A DNA stretch of 64,000 nucleotides from Acidobacteriota bacterium (GTDB lineage: Bacteria; Acidobacteriota; UBA6911; RPQK01; JAJDTT01). A program made the translations under genes and the position numbers. This document shows positions 47,234 to 56,441 of the stretch, one piece after another. Under the pieces are notes generated by a model that made no database searches, was not told where the DNA came from, and saw nothing but the letters and a program-made list of their open reading frames with translations. The DNA lies in NCBI GenBank assembly GCA_965209055.1, contig OZ242374.1:5856001-5920000 (forward strand), given 5' to 3'. Positions within the stretch are counted from its first letter, which is position 1, and each line of letters starts with the position of its first letter.

Positions 47234-49531
47234 ATGGCTACAGCAATCAAAACCGCACCGGAAACCCAATCCGAATACAAGGTCATCGGCACCCGTCCCA
47301 TCCGCCACGACGGAGTGGACAAGGTCACCGGAAGAGCCCAATACGGCGCCGACGTGTACCTGACGGGCATGCTGCACGGCAACGTCCTGCGCAGCCCCCA
47401 CGCCCACGCCAGGATCGTCTCCATCGACGCCGGCAAGGCGCTGGCGCTGCCCGGCGTGAAGGCGGTGGTCACGGGTCAGGACCTGCCCGATCCGGGGGAC
47501 AAGATCGCGAACCTGGGGGAGGCGGCAGCGCCGCTGCGCCATCTCTCCCTCAACGTCCTGGCCCGGGACAAGGTTCTTTACCAGGGACACGCCGTCGCCG
47601 CCGTGGCGGCCACCGATCCTCACCTGGCCGAGGAAGCCGCGGGCTTGATCGAGGTGGAATACGAACTGCTTCCCCCCGTGATGGACGTGATGGAGGCCAT
47701 GAAGGACGGGGCGCCGCTGCTGGATGAGAGCCTCCGCACCAAGTCCTTCGGGACCGTCGGAGACAAGCCGACCAACGTCGCGGACCATATCCACTTCGAG
47801 TTGGGTGACGTGGAGCAGGGATTCGCCGAAGCGGACATCGTGGTGGAGAGGGAGTTCACCACCCAGACCGTGCACCAGGGATACATCGAACCCCACAACT
47901 GTACGGCCTTCTGGAACTCCGACGGCCAGCTCACCATCTGGCTGAGCACCCAGGGCTCCTTCACCAGCCGCGCCCAGACTTCCGAGATCCTGGGGGTCCC
48001 CATCTCCCAGGTGAAGGTCGTCCCCACCGAGATCGGCGGCGGCTTCGGCGGGAAGATCGCCACCTACCTGGAGCCGACGGCGGCGTTGTTGTCCAAGGCC
48101 ACCGGCCGGCCGGTGAAGATCCTCATGACCCGGGAGGAAGTCCTGCAGGCCACCGGTCCGACGCCGGCTTCGTTCATGCGCGTCAAGATGGGCGCCAAGA
48201 AGGACGGGACCCTCACCGCCGGAAGCTTCTGGGCCGCCTTCGACGCCGGCGGATTTCCGGGATCGCCCATCGGCGCCGCCTGCATGTGCGTGTTCGCACC
48301 CTACAACCTTCCCAACGGCGTCATCGACGGCTTCGACGTGCTGGTCAACAAGCCCAAGTCATCCGCCTACCGGGCACCGGGAGCGACTCACGCCGAGTTC
48401 GCCTCGGAGACGGTAGTGGACGAGATCTGCGAAGAGTTGGGCATGGACCCCATCGAATTCCGCCTCAAGAACGCCTCCCAGGAAGGTGACCGGCGGGTCG
48501 ACGGACCGGTCTGGCCGCGGATCGGATGCGTGGAAACGACCGAAGCCGCCCGCGAACACCCGCACTATTCGGCGCCTCTGGAAGGACCCAACCGGGGCCG
48601 CGGCGTGGCCAGCGGATTCTGGTTCAACGTGGGACTCAAATCCAGCGTCCACGCCAGCGTGAACCCCGACGGCCAGGTGAGCCTGGTGGAGGGCTCCACC
48701 GACATCGGCGGCACCCGGACCTCCGTGGCCATGCAAATGGCGGAGGTTCTGGGCATTCCGGCCGAGAGCGTCCGGCCCATCGTCGTGGACACGGACGCCG
48801 TCGGTTATACGGACGTGACCGGAGGCAGCCGGGTCACCTTCTCCACCGGCTATGCGGCGTACGAGGCGGGCAAGGACATTCAGAAGCAGATGATCGGCCG
48901 GGCTGGCGTCCTCTGGGAGATTTCCGCGGATCAGGTCGAGGCCGTCGACGGCGAATACCGGGCCACCGATGGATCGGGCCGCAGCATTTCATTCGCCGAG
49001 TTGGCCGCCAAGATGGACGAGACCGGCGGACCCATCGTGGGCCGGGCCACCGTCGATCCCAAGGGAGTGGGCGGCGCTTTCTGCACCCAGATCGCCGACG
49101 TGGAAGTGGACCCGGATACCGGGAAGATCGAGATCCTCCGCTTCACCGTGGTCCAGGATGCCGGACGGGCCATCCACCCGGCTTACGTCGAGGGCCAGAT
49201 GCAGGGCGGAGCCGTCCAGGGCATCGGCTGGGCCCTGAACGAAGAGTACGTCTACAACGAACAGGGCCATCTCCTGAACGGCAGCTTTCTGGACTACCGG
49301 ATGCCCACGAGCCTGGACCTCCCCATGATCGACACCAAGATCGTGGAGGTGCCGAATCCGGGACATCCCTTCGGCGTGCGGGGAGTCGGAGAGGTCCCCA
49401 TCGTGCCTCCGCCGGCCGCTATCGCCAACGCCGTCTACCAGGCGACGGGTTTGAGGCTCAGGGACCTGCCCATGAGCCCGCCCAGGGTGTTGAACTCGAT
49501 CCTGGAGAAAAAAGGAAACGGTTCCGGTTGA
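47234..49531 (+). CDS. Mo-hydroxylase molybdopterin-binding large subunit (CoxL/XdhA family)
   Basis: KVTGRAQY, LRSPHAHA, GGGFGGK, AYRAPG, EGQMQGGAVQGIG, RGVGE; ATG 47234. Confidence 0.94.
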   Translation: MATAIKTAPETQSEYKVIGTRPIRHDGVDKVTGRAQYGADVYLTGMLHGNVLRSPHAHARIVSIDAGKALALPGVKAVVTGQDLPDPGDKIANLGEAAAPLRHLSLNVLARDKVLYQGHAVAAVAATDPHLAEEAAGLIEVEYELLPPVMDVMEAMKDGAPLLDESLRTKSFGTVGDKPTNVADHIHFELGDVEQGFAEADIVVEREFTTQTVHQGYIEPHNCTAFWNSDGQLTIWLSTQGSFTSRAQTSEILGVPISQVKVVPTEIGGGFGGKIATYLEPTAALLSKATGRPVKILMTREEVLQATGPTPASFMRVKMGAKKDGTLTAGSFWAAFDAGGFPGSPIGAACMCVFAPYNLPNGVIDGFDVLVNKPKSSAYRAPGATHAEFASETVVDEICEELGMDPIEFRLKNASQEGDRRVDGPVWPRIGCVETTEAAREHPHYSAPLEGPNRGRGVASGFWFNVGLKSSVHASVNPDGQVSLVEGSTDIGGTRTSVAMQMAEVLGIPAESVRPIVVDTDAVGYTDVTGGSRVTFSTGYAAYEAGKDIQKQMIGRAGVLWEISADQVEAVDGEYRATDGSGRSISFAELAAKMDETGGPIVGRATVDPKGVGGAFCTQIADVEVDPDTGKIEILRFTVVQDAGRAIHPAYVEGQMQGGAVQGIGWALNEEYVYNEQGHLLNGSFLDYRMPTSLDLPMIDTKIVEVPNPGHPFGVRGVGEVPIVPPPAAIANAVYQATGLRLRDLPMSPPRVLNSILEKKGNGSG

Positions 49532-49573
49532 ACCGCCGCCCGGCTCCGAGCCGGGGGGCCGCACAAGAGCTCC

Positions 49574-49852
49574 ATGCCGACAGCCTGGATTCCTCCGCCG
49601 ATGCGAGAGCTCACGGATGGACGGGTGCAGGTCGAGGTTCGAGGACAGACCGTTCGACAACTCATCGATCAGTTGGACCAGGAATACCCTGGTATCGGGG
49701 AGCGTCTTTGCGAGGGCGATCGGCTGCGCAGCGGCGTCGCGGTTTCCATCGACGGCGTGATTTCGCCTGAAGGCCTTCGAGCCCGCCTGGAGCCCGGCAG
49801 CGAAGTCCATTTTCTGCCCGCCATCGCCGGAGGAAACCGGAGGAGGACGTAG
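49574..49852 (+). CDS. MoaD/ThiS-like sulfur carrier with a C-terminal extension
   Basis: Ubiquitin-like fold motifs (GQTVRQLIDQLD..YPGI; EVHFLPAIAGG) followed by NRRRT. Confidence 0.88.
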   Translation: MPTAWIPPPMRELTDGRVQVEVRGQTVRQLIDQLDQEYPGIGERLCEGDRLRSGVAVSIDGVISPEGLRARLEPGSEVHFLPAIAGGNRRRT

Positions 49853-49856
49853 CGCC

Positions 49857-50207
49857 ATGGGGCTGAGGGTTCTGAGCCGCGTCATGCTCATCCTCTATTC
49901 CGCCGCCACCGTTCTTCAGTACAACGATCCCGACCTCCTTTTCTGGATGCCGGTCTACGGTTTGGCGGCGCTCTGGTCCTGGATGCATTGGACGGGAAGG
50001 AGGCTGCCCCAGCCCTGGGTGGAGCTCTTCGCGGGCGCGTGCCTCGCGTCGGCGCTCTACGTGGGCGCCACACTCCCCGAAGGAACTTTGAACTACCGCC
50101 AGGAGGAACTCAGCGAGTCGGGCGGCCTCCTGGTCACCGCCGTCTGGTCCCTGGTCCTGGCGAGGCGCCAGCGATTGGCGAGAAAAGGACAGGCAGCATC
50201 GTCATGA
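49857..50207 (+). CDS. TMEM220-family membrane protein
   Basis: LQYNDPDLLFWMPVYG and EELSESGGL motifs; four TM-like segments. Confidence 0.75.
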   Translation: MGLRVLSRVMLILYSAATVLQYNDPDLLFWMPVYGLAALWSWMHWTGRRLPQPWVELFAGACLASALYVGATLPEGTLNYRQEELSESGGLLVTAVWSLVLARRQRLARKGQAASS

Positions 50208-50512
50208 ATCTTCCCGAAGCGGCGGTCGTCATTTATGGAGCCCTGGTGACCCTGGGAGGGCTGATCGGGTATCTGAAGGCTCGCAGCCTGCCTTCCCTCG
50301 TCCTGGGCGTTCTCTTTGGAGCGGCTCTCATTCTCTCGGCGCTGTTTGCCGGCGCCGATAGCGGGATCCCGGCAGACCTGCCGCTGTGGCTGGTTCTGGG
50401 ACTGACCGTACTGTCCCTCTATCGCCTCAATAGGACGCGGCGTTTCATGCCGGCCGGACTTCTGGTCCTCCTCGGGGCCGTCGTCGCCGCGATTCTGTTG
50501 GCCACCAAGTAA
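50204..50512 (+). CDS. TMEM14/FAX-family small membrane protein
   Basis: YGALVTLGGLIGYLKARSLPSL...RFMPAGL; ATGA overlap with the upstream gene. Confidence 0.8.
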   Translation: MNLPEAAVVIYGALVTLGGLIGYLKARSLPSLVLGVLFGAALILSALFAGADSGIPADLPLWLVLGLTVLSLYRLNRTRRFMPAGLLVLLGAVVAAILLATK

Positions 50513-50532
50513 CCTCTCAGCGCGCGGAACGT

Positions 50533-51414
50533 GTGACCATGATGAATTCCCTGCCCCTGATCCTGCTGCTGGCCCTCGGCTCTCCCTCGTCAGAAGTCGA
50601 GAAGGGGGTATTGACCAAGATCCAGGTCCTGCTTCGCCAAGGAACCGAAGTCAGCTTCTCCCAACTCCAGAACGATCCTCATTTCGACAGGGAGGAGAAG
50701 GAGTTCATCGGAAGGCTGTTCGAGATCCTGTTCCGGATCCCCGCTTTGGTCAAGAGCGAACTGGATCGGACCGGCGAGCCCCCGACGCGGACGCAGATCG
50801 GAGAACAGTTCGGCGTCGGCGTCCAGTCCATCGAGCTGTTGCTCACCGTCATGGAAATCGATCGCCGGGTTCCCAAGATGTTCGACCGGGACCAGGCCGG
50901 AGAGATCACCAATGTTCACCGGCGGGGAGTGGCGGCCTTTTTGCAGCGTCACGGCAACCCGGTCCGCGTCACCGGCTGGGAAGGAAAACCCGCACCCGGC
51001 TTCGATTTGCTGACGCTGAAGGGCACGAAGCTGTCCAGCGAGAGCCTGAGAGGGTCCAACGCCCTCCTCTATTTCTGGTTCACCGGCTGCCCGCCCTGCT
51101 CCCGCATCTCGCCCATCCTGGAATCGCTCCACCAGCGGTACGAAGACGATCAACTCCGGGTGGTGGGCCTGAACGCCGACCGGATCCTGGAGTTGACGGT
51201 GAACGACCGGGAACGCATCGAATACCTGGAAAAGCACGGGGTCTCCTTTCCCAACGTCCACCTGACCCCGGCGGCCCAAGAGGCCTTCGGCAACGTCAAC
51301 GTCTTCCCCACTCTCTTTCTCCTGGATTCGTCCGGAACGGTGGTCCGGCGCCTGATCAACTACCAGAATCAGGAGACCATGGACCAGGTGGTCTCCGAAC
51401 TGGTGGGACACTGA
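50533..51414 (+). CDS. Exported TlpA/ResA-like thiol-disulfide oxidoreductase with N-terminal helical domain
   Basis: Signal peptide; APGFDL, FWFTGCPPC, FPTLFLLD. Confidence 0.87.
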   Translation: MTMMNSLPLILLLALGSPSSEVEKGVLTKIQVLLRQGTEVSFSQLQNDPHFDREEKEFIGRLFEILFRIPALVKSELDRTGEPPTRTQIGEQFGVGVQSIELLLTVMEIDRRVPKMFDRDQAGEITNVHRRGVAAFLQRHGNPVRVTGWEGKPAPGFDLLTLKGTKLSSESLRGSNALLYFWFTGCPPCSRISPILESLHQRYEDDQLRVVGLNADRILELTVNDRERIEYLEKHGVSFPNVHLTPAAQEAFGNVNVFPTLFLLDSSGTVVRRLINYQNQETMDQVVSELVGH

Positions 51415-51472
51415 TGCCGGCCGGCGAGCGGCGGCGGCATTCCCAGGCGGCCCCACCCGCATCAGGCATGGA

Positions 51473-52786
51473 ATGAAGCTCTTTCGGGAAATCGGCCTCG
51501 CTTCCGCCGTCTTCCTGGTGGTGGGAAACATCGTCGGAACGGGCATCTACACCACCTCCGGACTCATCGCCCAGGAGATCGGGAGTTCTTCGTGGCTCGT
51601 GGGAATCTGGGTGGCCGGCGGCCTGCTGTCCCTGACCGGAGCCCTCTGCTACGCCCAGTTGGGCGCCCGGACCCCCAGGGCCGGAGGAGAGTTCGCCTTC
51701 CTCTACCCGGTCTACGGCCCCCTGCCCGCATTCCTCTCCGGCTGGGCTTCCCTGATCATCGGATTCTCGGGCCCCGTGGCCGCCGCTTCGCTGGGACTCG
51801 CCATCTACCTGGAACCCTACCTGCCCCTCGCATCGGGACCTCTGGGGAACCAGACGGTGGCGACCTTGGTTCTCCTGGCGGTCACCACCTTGCTCACCGT
51901 GGGGCTCAGGTTCGGAACCCGCCTCCATTCCACGGTGACCCTCCTGAACCTGGGACTGCTCGCCGGGTTCACCTGCCTGGTGCTTTACAACACCCGGAAA
52001 ACCGGTGTCCTCCACGAGTTGAGTGCGGCCGGCGCCTGGGATCCGGAGACGCTGGTCCCCGTGGCTTCGGCTCTGGTCCTGGTCATGTTCTCCTACAGCG
52101 GCTGGAACGCCGCGGCCTACATCGCGGAAGAGATTCGGGACCCGGCCCGCAATCTCCCCAGGTCCCTGTTGCTGGGGACGGTGCTGGTCACCATCCTCTA
52201 CGTCGGGGTCAATCTCGCCTACCTGACGGCGCTTCCCCTCGACCGGCTGCAGGGGGAGGTGGCCGTCGCCCAGTTGGCCGCCGCGGCCGTGTTGCCGTCG
52301 GGGGAATGGATCGTGACGCTACTGATTCTGGCCTCGATCCTGAGTTCCGTCACCGCCATGTCCATCGCCGGTCCACGAATCTACTTCGCCATGTCCCGGG
52401 AACGGCTCTTTCCCTCCTGGTTGGGCGAAGTGCACCTGCGGAAGAAGATCCCCCTGAAGGCCATCTGGTTCCAGAGCGGCATCGCTCTGGCTCTGGTCTG
52501 GATGGGGACCTTGAGGCAGATCCTGCTGTTTTCGGGATTCGTGGTCATCCTCTTCTCGGCAGTGACGGTCTCGGCGCTGCTCCGATTGCCTGTCGACGCC
52601 GGCTCGAGCCGCGGAGCCTGGATCTTGCAGCGGTTTCTGCCCTGGGTCTTCGTCTTGACGAGTCTCACCATCCTGGCCAGCGTGGCGCTCTCCCATCCTG
52701 GAGAATCGCTGGCCGGCGTGGCCACGGTCTGCGCCGGGCTGCCCGTTTACTACTATTACCGGAGGCGCGTCGGATCCGGGGCGTGA
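51473..52786 (+). CDS. APC-family amino acid permease
   Basis: GNIVGTGIY, GGEFAFL, FSYSGWNAAAYIAEEIRDPARNLPR, GPRIYFAM. Confidence 0.93.
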   Translation: MKLFREIGLASAVFLVVGNIVGTGIYTTSGLIAQEIGSSSWLVGIWVAGGLLSLTGALCYAQLGARTPRAGGEFAFLYPVYGPLPAFLSGWASLIIGFSGPVAAASLGLAIYLEPYLPLASGPLGNQTVATLVLLAVTTLLTVGLRFGTRLHSTVTLLNLGLLAGFTCLVLYNTRKTGVLHELSAAGAWDPETLVPVASALVLVMFSYSGWNAAAYIAEEIRDPARNLPRSLLLGTVLVTILYVGVNLAYLTALPLDRLQGEVAVAQLAAAAVLPSGEWIVTLLILASILSSVTAMSIAGPRIYFAMSRERLFPSWLGEVHLRKKIPLKAIWFQSGIALALVWMGTLRQILLFSGFVVILFSAVTVSALLRLPVDAGSSRGAWILQRFLPWVFVLTSLTILASVALSHPGESLAGVATVCAGLPVYYYYRRRVGSGA

Positions 52787-53566
52787 TTATTCCTGGACCT
52801 TCCCGGTCATGGGGACGAAACGGACGGCGAGCACGTCCTGGCGGCGGATCTTGCCCTCCTCCTTCGTCAACAGGAGCAGCTTCTGCACGGTTCCCGGATC
52901 ACCCACGGGAATGACCAGGCGCCCTCCCTCGGCCAATTGTTGCTGAAGGGGCTCGGGAACCCGGCCGGCGGCGGCCGTCACCAGGATGACGTCGAAGGGA
53001 GCCGCCTCGGGCCACCCCAGATAGCCGTCTCCCGCCCGGGCGTGAACGTTCTCGTAGCCGAGCCGTTTGAGCAGGGCCACCGACCTGCGGGCCAGCTCGG
53101 GGACGATCTCGATGGTGTAGACCTGATCCACCAACTCCGCCAGGACGGCCGCCTGGTATCCGGACCCGGTCCCGATCTCCAGAGCCCGGGCGCCCTCTCT
53201 CGGATCCGCCAACTGGGTCATCAGAGCCACGATGTAGGGCTGGGAAATGGTCTGTCCCAGGCCGATGGGCAGCGGGTGATCCTCGTATGCATATTTCTTC
53301 ACGCGCTGGGGGACGAATTCGTGCCTGGGAACCTTGCCCATGGCCTCCAGGACACGACGGTCCCAGATGTCTCGCGCACGGAGTTGGGTGGACACCATCT
53401 TCCGGCGCAGCCGGGGGTAGTCGGCGGCTGCGACCGCAAAATCTCCAGAGTCGCCGGAACCGCAGGCGGCGGCGAGCGGGAACAGAAGAACGGCCAGGAG
53501 CAGCAGGATTCCCCCGGTTCGGGACCGGAGAGCAGCAAAGGCGAGACCGAAGTTTGGCACCATCAT
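52787..53566 (-). CDS. pcm: Protein-L-isoaspartate O-methyltransferase with a putative lipoprotein signal
   Basis: VPRHEFVP, GQTISQPYIVA, LEIGTGSGYQAA, FVPMTG; N-terminal hydrophobic stretch ending LAAAC. Confidence 0.93.
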   Translation of the reverse strand: MMVPNFGLAFAALRSRTGGILLLLAVLLFPLAAACGSGDSGDFAVAAADYPRLRRKMVSTQLRARDIWDRRVLEAMGKVPRHEFVPQRVKKYAYEDHPLPIGLGQTISQPYIVALMTQLADPREGARALEIGTGSGYQAAVLAELVDQVYTIEIVPELARRSVALLKRLGYENVHARAGDGYLGWPEAAPFDVILVTAAAGRVPEPLQQQLAEGGRLVIPVGDPGTVQKLLLLTKEEGKIRRQDVLAVRFVPMTGKVQE

Positions 53567-53691
53567 GCGGAATCTCTCCGACTCGAACTGGACACGGACC
53601 GAGTCAGAACTGACTATCGGAAGAGTCTATCCCAGGAGCGTGGGCTACGGAAAATTTGCGGGATGATTTGAATCGCCCTTCCGCTCGTCTC

Positions 53692-56379
53692 TCAAAAGGA
53701 GTACTTGAGCGCGACCTCGATCTCGCGGGAGCGATGGGCCCCGAAGATCTTTCCGAAGAGCGAGGTCCCGACGACGGCGTTGGGCTGGCGGAAGTTGACC
53801 TGGTTAAAGGCGTTGAAGAGTTCCACGCGAAGCTCCACGAGATCTCCGTTGACCAACCGGGTCTGCTTGATCAGGCTGATGTCCCAAGCATGATATCCGG
53901 GACGCCTCAGGATGTTCCTTCCCGAATTGCCGAAGGAGTAGGGCGCCGGCTCGGCGAAGTCCTCCACCGGGAACCACATGTCCACCGAGGAGTCGAACCG
54001 GTCGCCCGGCGTCATGGCAATTCGATCCGCCCGGTCTCCTCCGAGTCCATCGTTATTCCCGTCGCCCGGCACAAAAACGCTGAAGGGCGTCCCGTCCTGG
54101 ATTCGGGTGATGCCCGAGAGCCGCCAGCCGTCCACCAGCTGCAGCAGCGGGTTCCGTCCCTCGCCACCCAGCGTCCGCTCCCTTCCCGGCGGCAGGTCGA
54201 TGATGTAGTTCAAGGAGAACTGGCGAATGGGAACCCCCCGGGCGGAAGCTCGTTCGGCCTTCAGATCTCGCGGGTTCGACGGTTCGCGGCGATAGCGGTC
54301 GTCCAGTGAACGGTGGAACGTAAAGGCGGAACGGAGAGACATGCCGTCGCTCAGACGGCGCTCCGCCGACATAATCATCCGGTGGCTGCTCCCGGATGAT
54401 GCGCCGGTCAAGATCCGAAACCGGCCGAAATCAGGATTCGGCCGCCGGGACTGGATCGGACCGGGCGCCGGGAGCGGTATGTTTCCCGGGAGGACCCGGC
54501 TCCACCCGGTCCTCTTGTTTCCATAGTAGGAGGCCCGCAGGTGCCACACCTCCTGGAAGTCGTTCTCGAGAATCAACGTCCAGGCCTGCACATAAGGCGT
54601 TCTCAGTCCGGTCTCGATCCCGCGGACCACCAGTTCGGGAGGCGCCACGTTCTCGAAGGGGTTCGCCAGGTCCAGATCGGGACTGTCCACGGGGGATTGG
54701 GCGCTTTCCGTGTAGTAGAAGGGATAGTTCTTCCCCAGATAGCGGCTGAAATTACTGCTCCCCACCACCGAATAGTAGAGAGAGTACGAGGCCCGGAACA
54801 CCAATCTGTTGGTCCTGAAGGGCCGGTAGGACAACCCGATCCGGGGGGCCCAGTCGTTGCGGTCGGGGAACACCATTCCGCCCCGTCCCGCCCTCTCCAG
54901 GCCCAGGGACCGGGCTTCGAAGCTGTCGGCAACGACGATCCGGCCCGAGGCCGGGGGCTCGAAGAGGAGCGGAAAGAAACCGGAGATGGTATCGGTGTTG
55001 GACCGGTAGGGAGACGCGTAATGGTAGGCAACGCCGCCTGTCAGCGCCAAAATCGGACTCAACCGCCAGCGGTCCCGGATATAGGCCTGCCACTGGTTGC
55101 GCCGCAAGTCGGTCCTGTCCGATCCCACCGTCCGCGAGGCCACACTGGGCAGACCCAGAACGAAATCCGCAAACCCGTCACCGGTGTAGAACCCGCTGAA
55201 TTCGAATTCGCCGCGGCCGCGGCCTTCGATGTGCGTGTCGTTGACCTGGCGTTGGGTCAGGCTCGTTCCCATGGTCAGGGTGTGATCCCCCAACGCCGTG
55301 GTGGTGGAGAACGAACCGGAGTACCGGTTGCTGAGCCACTTGTAAGGAGATGATGAATCCCCGAAGGAGGCGTAACCCGTGACTTCGAAATCCGGATATC
55401 CTTCGGTCAGGGCGTCGGGAGCGGCCAGGCCCGAAATCCCCACCGAATCCAGCAAACCCACTTGGCCGGAGTTGGGAGACACGCTCAGGCTCAGGTAGCG
55501 GTTGTATCCTATGGAGCCTTCGGTGACCCAGCGGGTCCCCAAGGTCCGGTTGTGGGAGAGGCTCACGGATTGGCTGCGGAGCGTCCGATCCCAGCCGAAG
55601 GCGGGAAGCGGATGAACCAACTTCCCGTCACCGTCGGTCAGCTCGTACTGGAGATAGCTCCTGGCATCGTCGTCGCCGGTATAGTCGACGCGAAAGAGGT
55701 AGGTATCCCGGTTGGTCACCCGGGGCTGGTTGTTGACGAAGTTCCGGTCGGGGTCCGGGCTATTGGGGTCGGGAATGACCCGGAATAGATTCCTGGCGAC
55801 CGGATGCAGCCGGCTCCGGGGAATCTGATTTCCCGGAAACGGCTCTCCCGTCAGCGGATCGACGATGGGGGCTTCGAGACTGCTGAAATCGCCCTGCTTC
55901 ATCTCCGGCGCCGGCACATGCGAGAGCAGAGTCGAACCCTTGATGATGCGCAGGCTCTGGAGACTTCCGAAGAGTTGGATCTTGTCTCCGACCCGGGCGC
56001 CCAGGCTGGCTCCGAACTCGTTCCTCTTGTACTCGGGAAGCGGTTTCCCTCCGGGATCGAAGAAGTTTCGGGCGTCGAGGTTGTCGTTCCGGTGAAACCA
56101 GTACACCGAGCCGTTCAGTCTCCCGGCCTGTTTCGCCGGAAAAGGGTTGATCATCTCCGATAGCGAGGGGGCCGGAGTCGAGGCGGCCGTTTCGCGAGCC
56201 AGTCCGACCTGGTAGTCGCGGATCTGATCCAGGGCGCTCTTCCCGGAACGTCCGCCACTCTCCTGGGAGGCGACTTCGGCCTTCTTGGGCTCGGCCCGGG
56301 CCGAACCCTGATGCCAGAGGCCGAGCACGAGCCCGAAGACGAGCATCGATTTCAAGAGGCGGGAAACACTGGTGCCCAT
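53692..56379 (-). CDS. Oar-type TonB-dependent-receptor-like barrel lacking the N-terminal domains
   Basis: Signal peptide from ATG 56379; GSVYWFHRNDNLDARNFF, DRNDWAPRIG, FGNSGRNIL, ELFNAFNQVNF; C-terminal beta-signal ALKYSF. Confidence 0.85.
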   Translation of the reverse strand: MGTSVSRLLKSMLVFGLVLGLWHQGSARAEPKKAEVASQESGGRSGKSALDQIRDYQVGLARETAASTPAPSLSEMINPFPAKQAGRLNGSVYWFHRNDNLDARNFFDPGGKPLPEYKRNEFGASLGARVGDKIQLFGSLQSLRIIKGSTLLSHVPAPEMKQGDFSSLEAPIVDPLTGEPFPGNQIPRSRLHPVARNLFRVIPDPNSPDPDRNFVNNQPRVTNRDTYLFRVDYTGDDDARSYLQYELTDGDGKLVHPLPAFGWDRTLRSQSVSLSHNRTLGTRWVTEGSIGYNRYLSLSVSPNSGQVGLLDSVGISGLAAPDALTEGYPDFEVTGYASFGDSSSPYKWLSNRYSGSFSTTTALGDHTLTMGTSLTQRQVNDTHIEGRGRGEFEFSGFYTGDGFADFVLGLPSVASRTVGSDRTDLRRNQWQAYIRDRWRLSPILALTGGVAYHYASPYRSNTDTISGFFPLLFEPPASGRIVVADSFEARSLGLERAGRGGMVFPDRNDWAPRIGLSYRPFRTNRLVFRASYSLYYSVVGSSNFSRYLGKNYPFYYTESAQSPVDSPDLDLANPFENVAPPELVVRGIETGLRTPYVQAWTLILENDFQEVWHLRASYYGNKRTGWSRVLPGNIPLPAPGPIQSRRPNPDFGRFRILTGASSGSSHRMIMSAERRLSDGMSLRSAFTFHRSLDDRYRREPSNPRDLKAERASARGVPIRQFSLNYIIDLPPGRERTLGGEGRNPLLQLVDGWRLSGITRIQDGTPFSVFVPGDGNNDGLGGDRADRIAMTPGDRFDSSVDMWFPVEDFAEPAPYSFGNSGRNILRRPGYHAWDISLIKQTRLVNGDLVELRVELFNAFNQVNFRQPNAVVGTSLFGKIFGAHRSREIEVALKYSF

Positions 56380-56441
56380 CCAGATTCGGTGATGCGCGTT
56401 CCTCTGGCGGAACGAAGGATCAGCAGAGCGATGGGGTGGGA

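Noticed and set aside
47234-49531. Aerobic CO dehydrogenase (coxL form I)
   Set aside because: Active-site loop is AYRAPG, not AYxCSFR, and no coxDEFG accessory genes are present.
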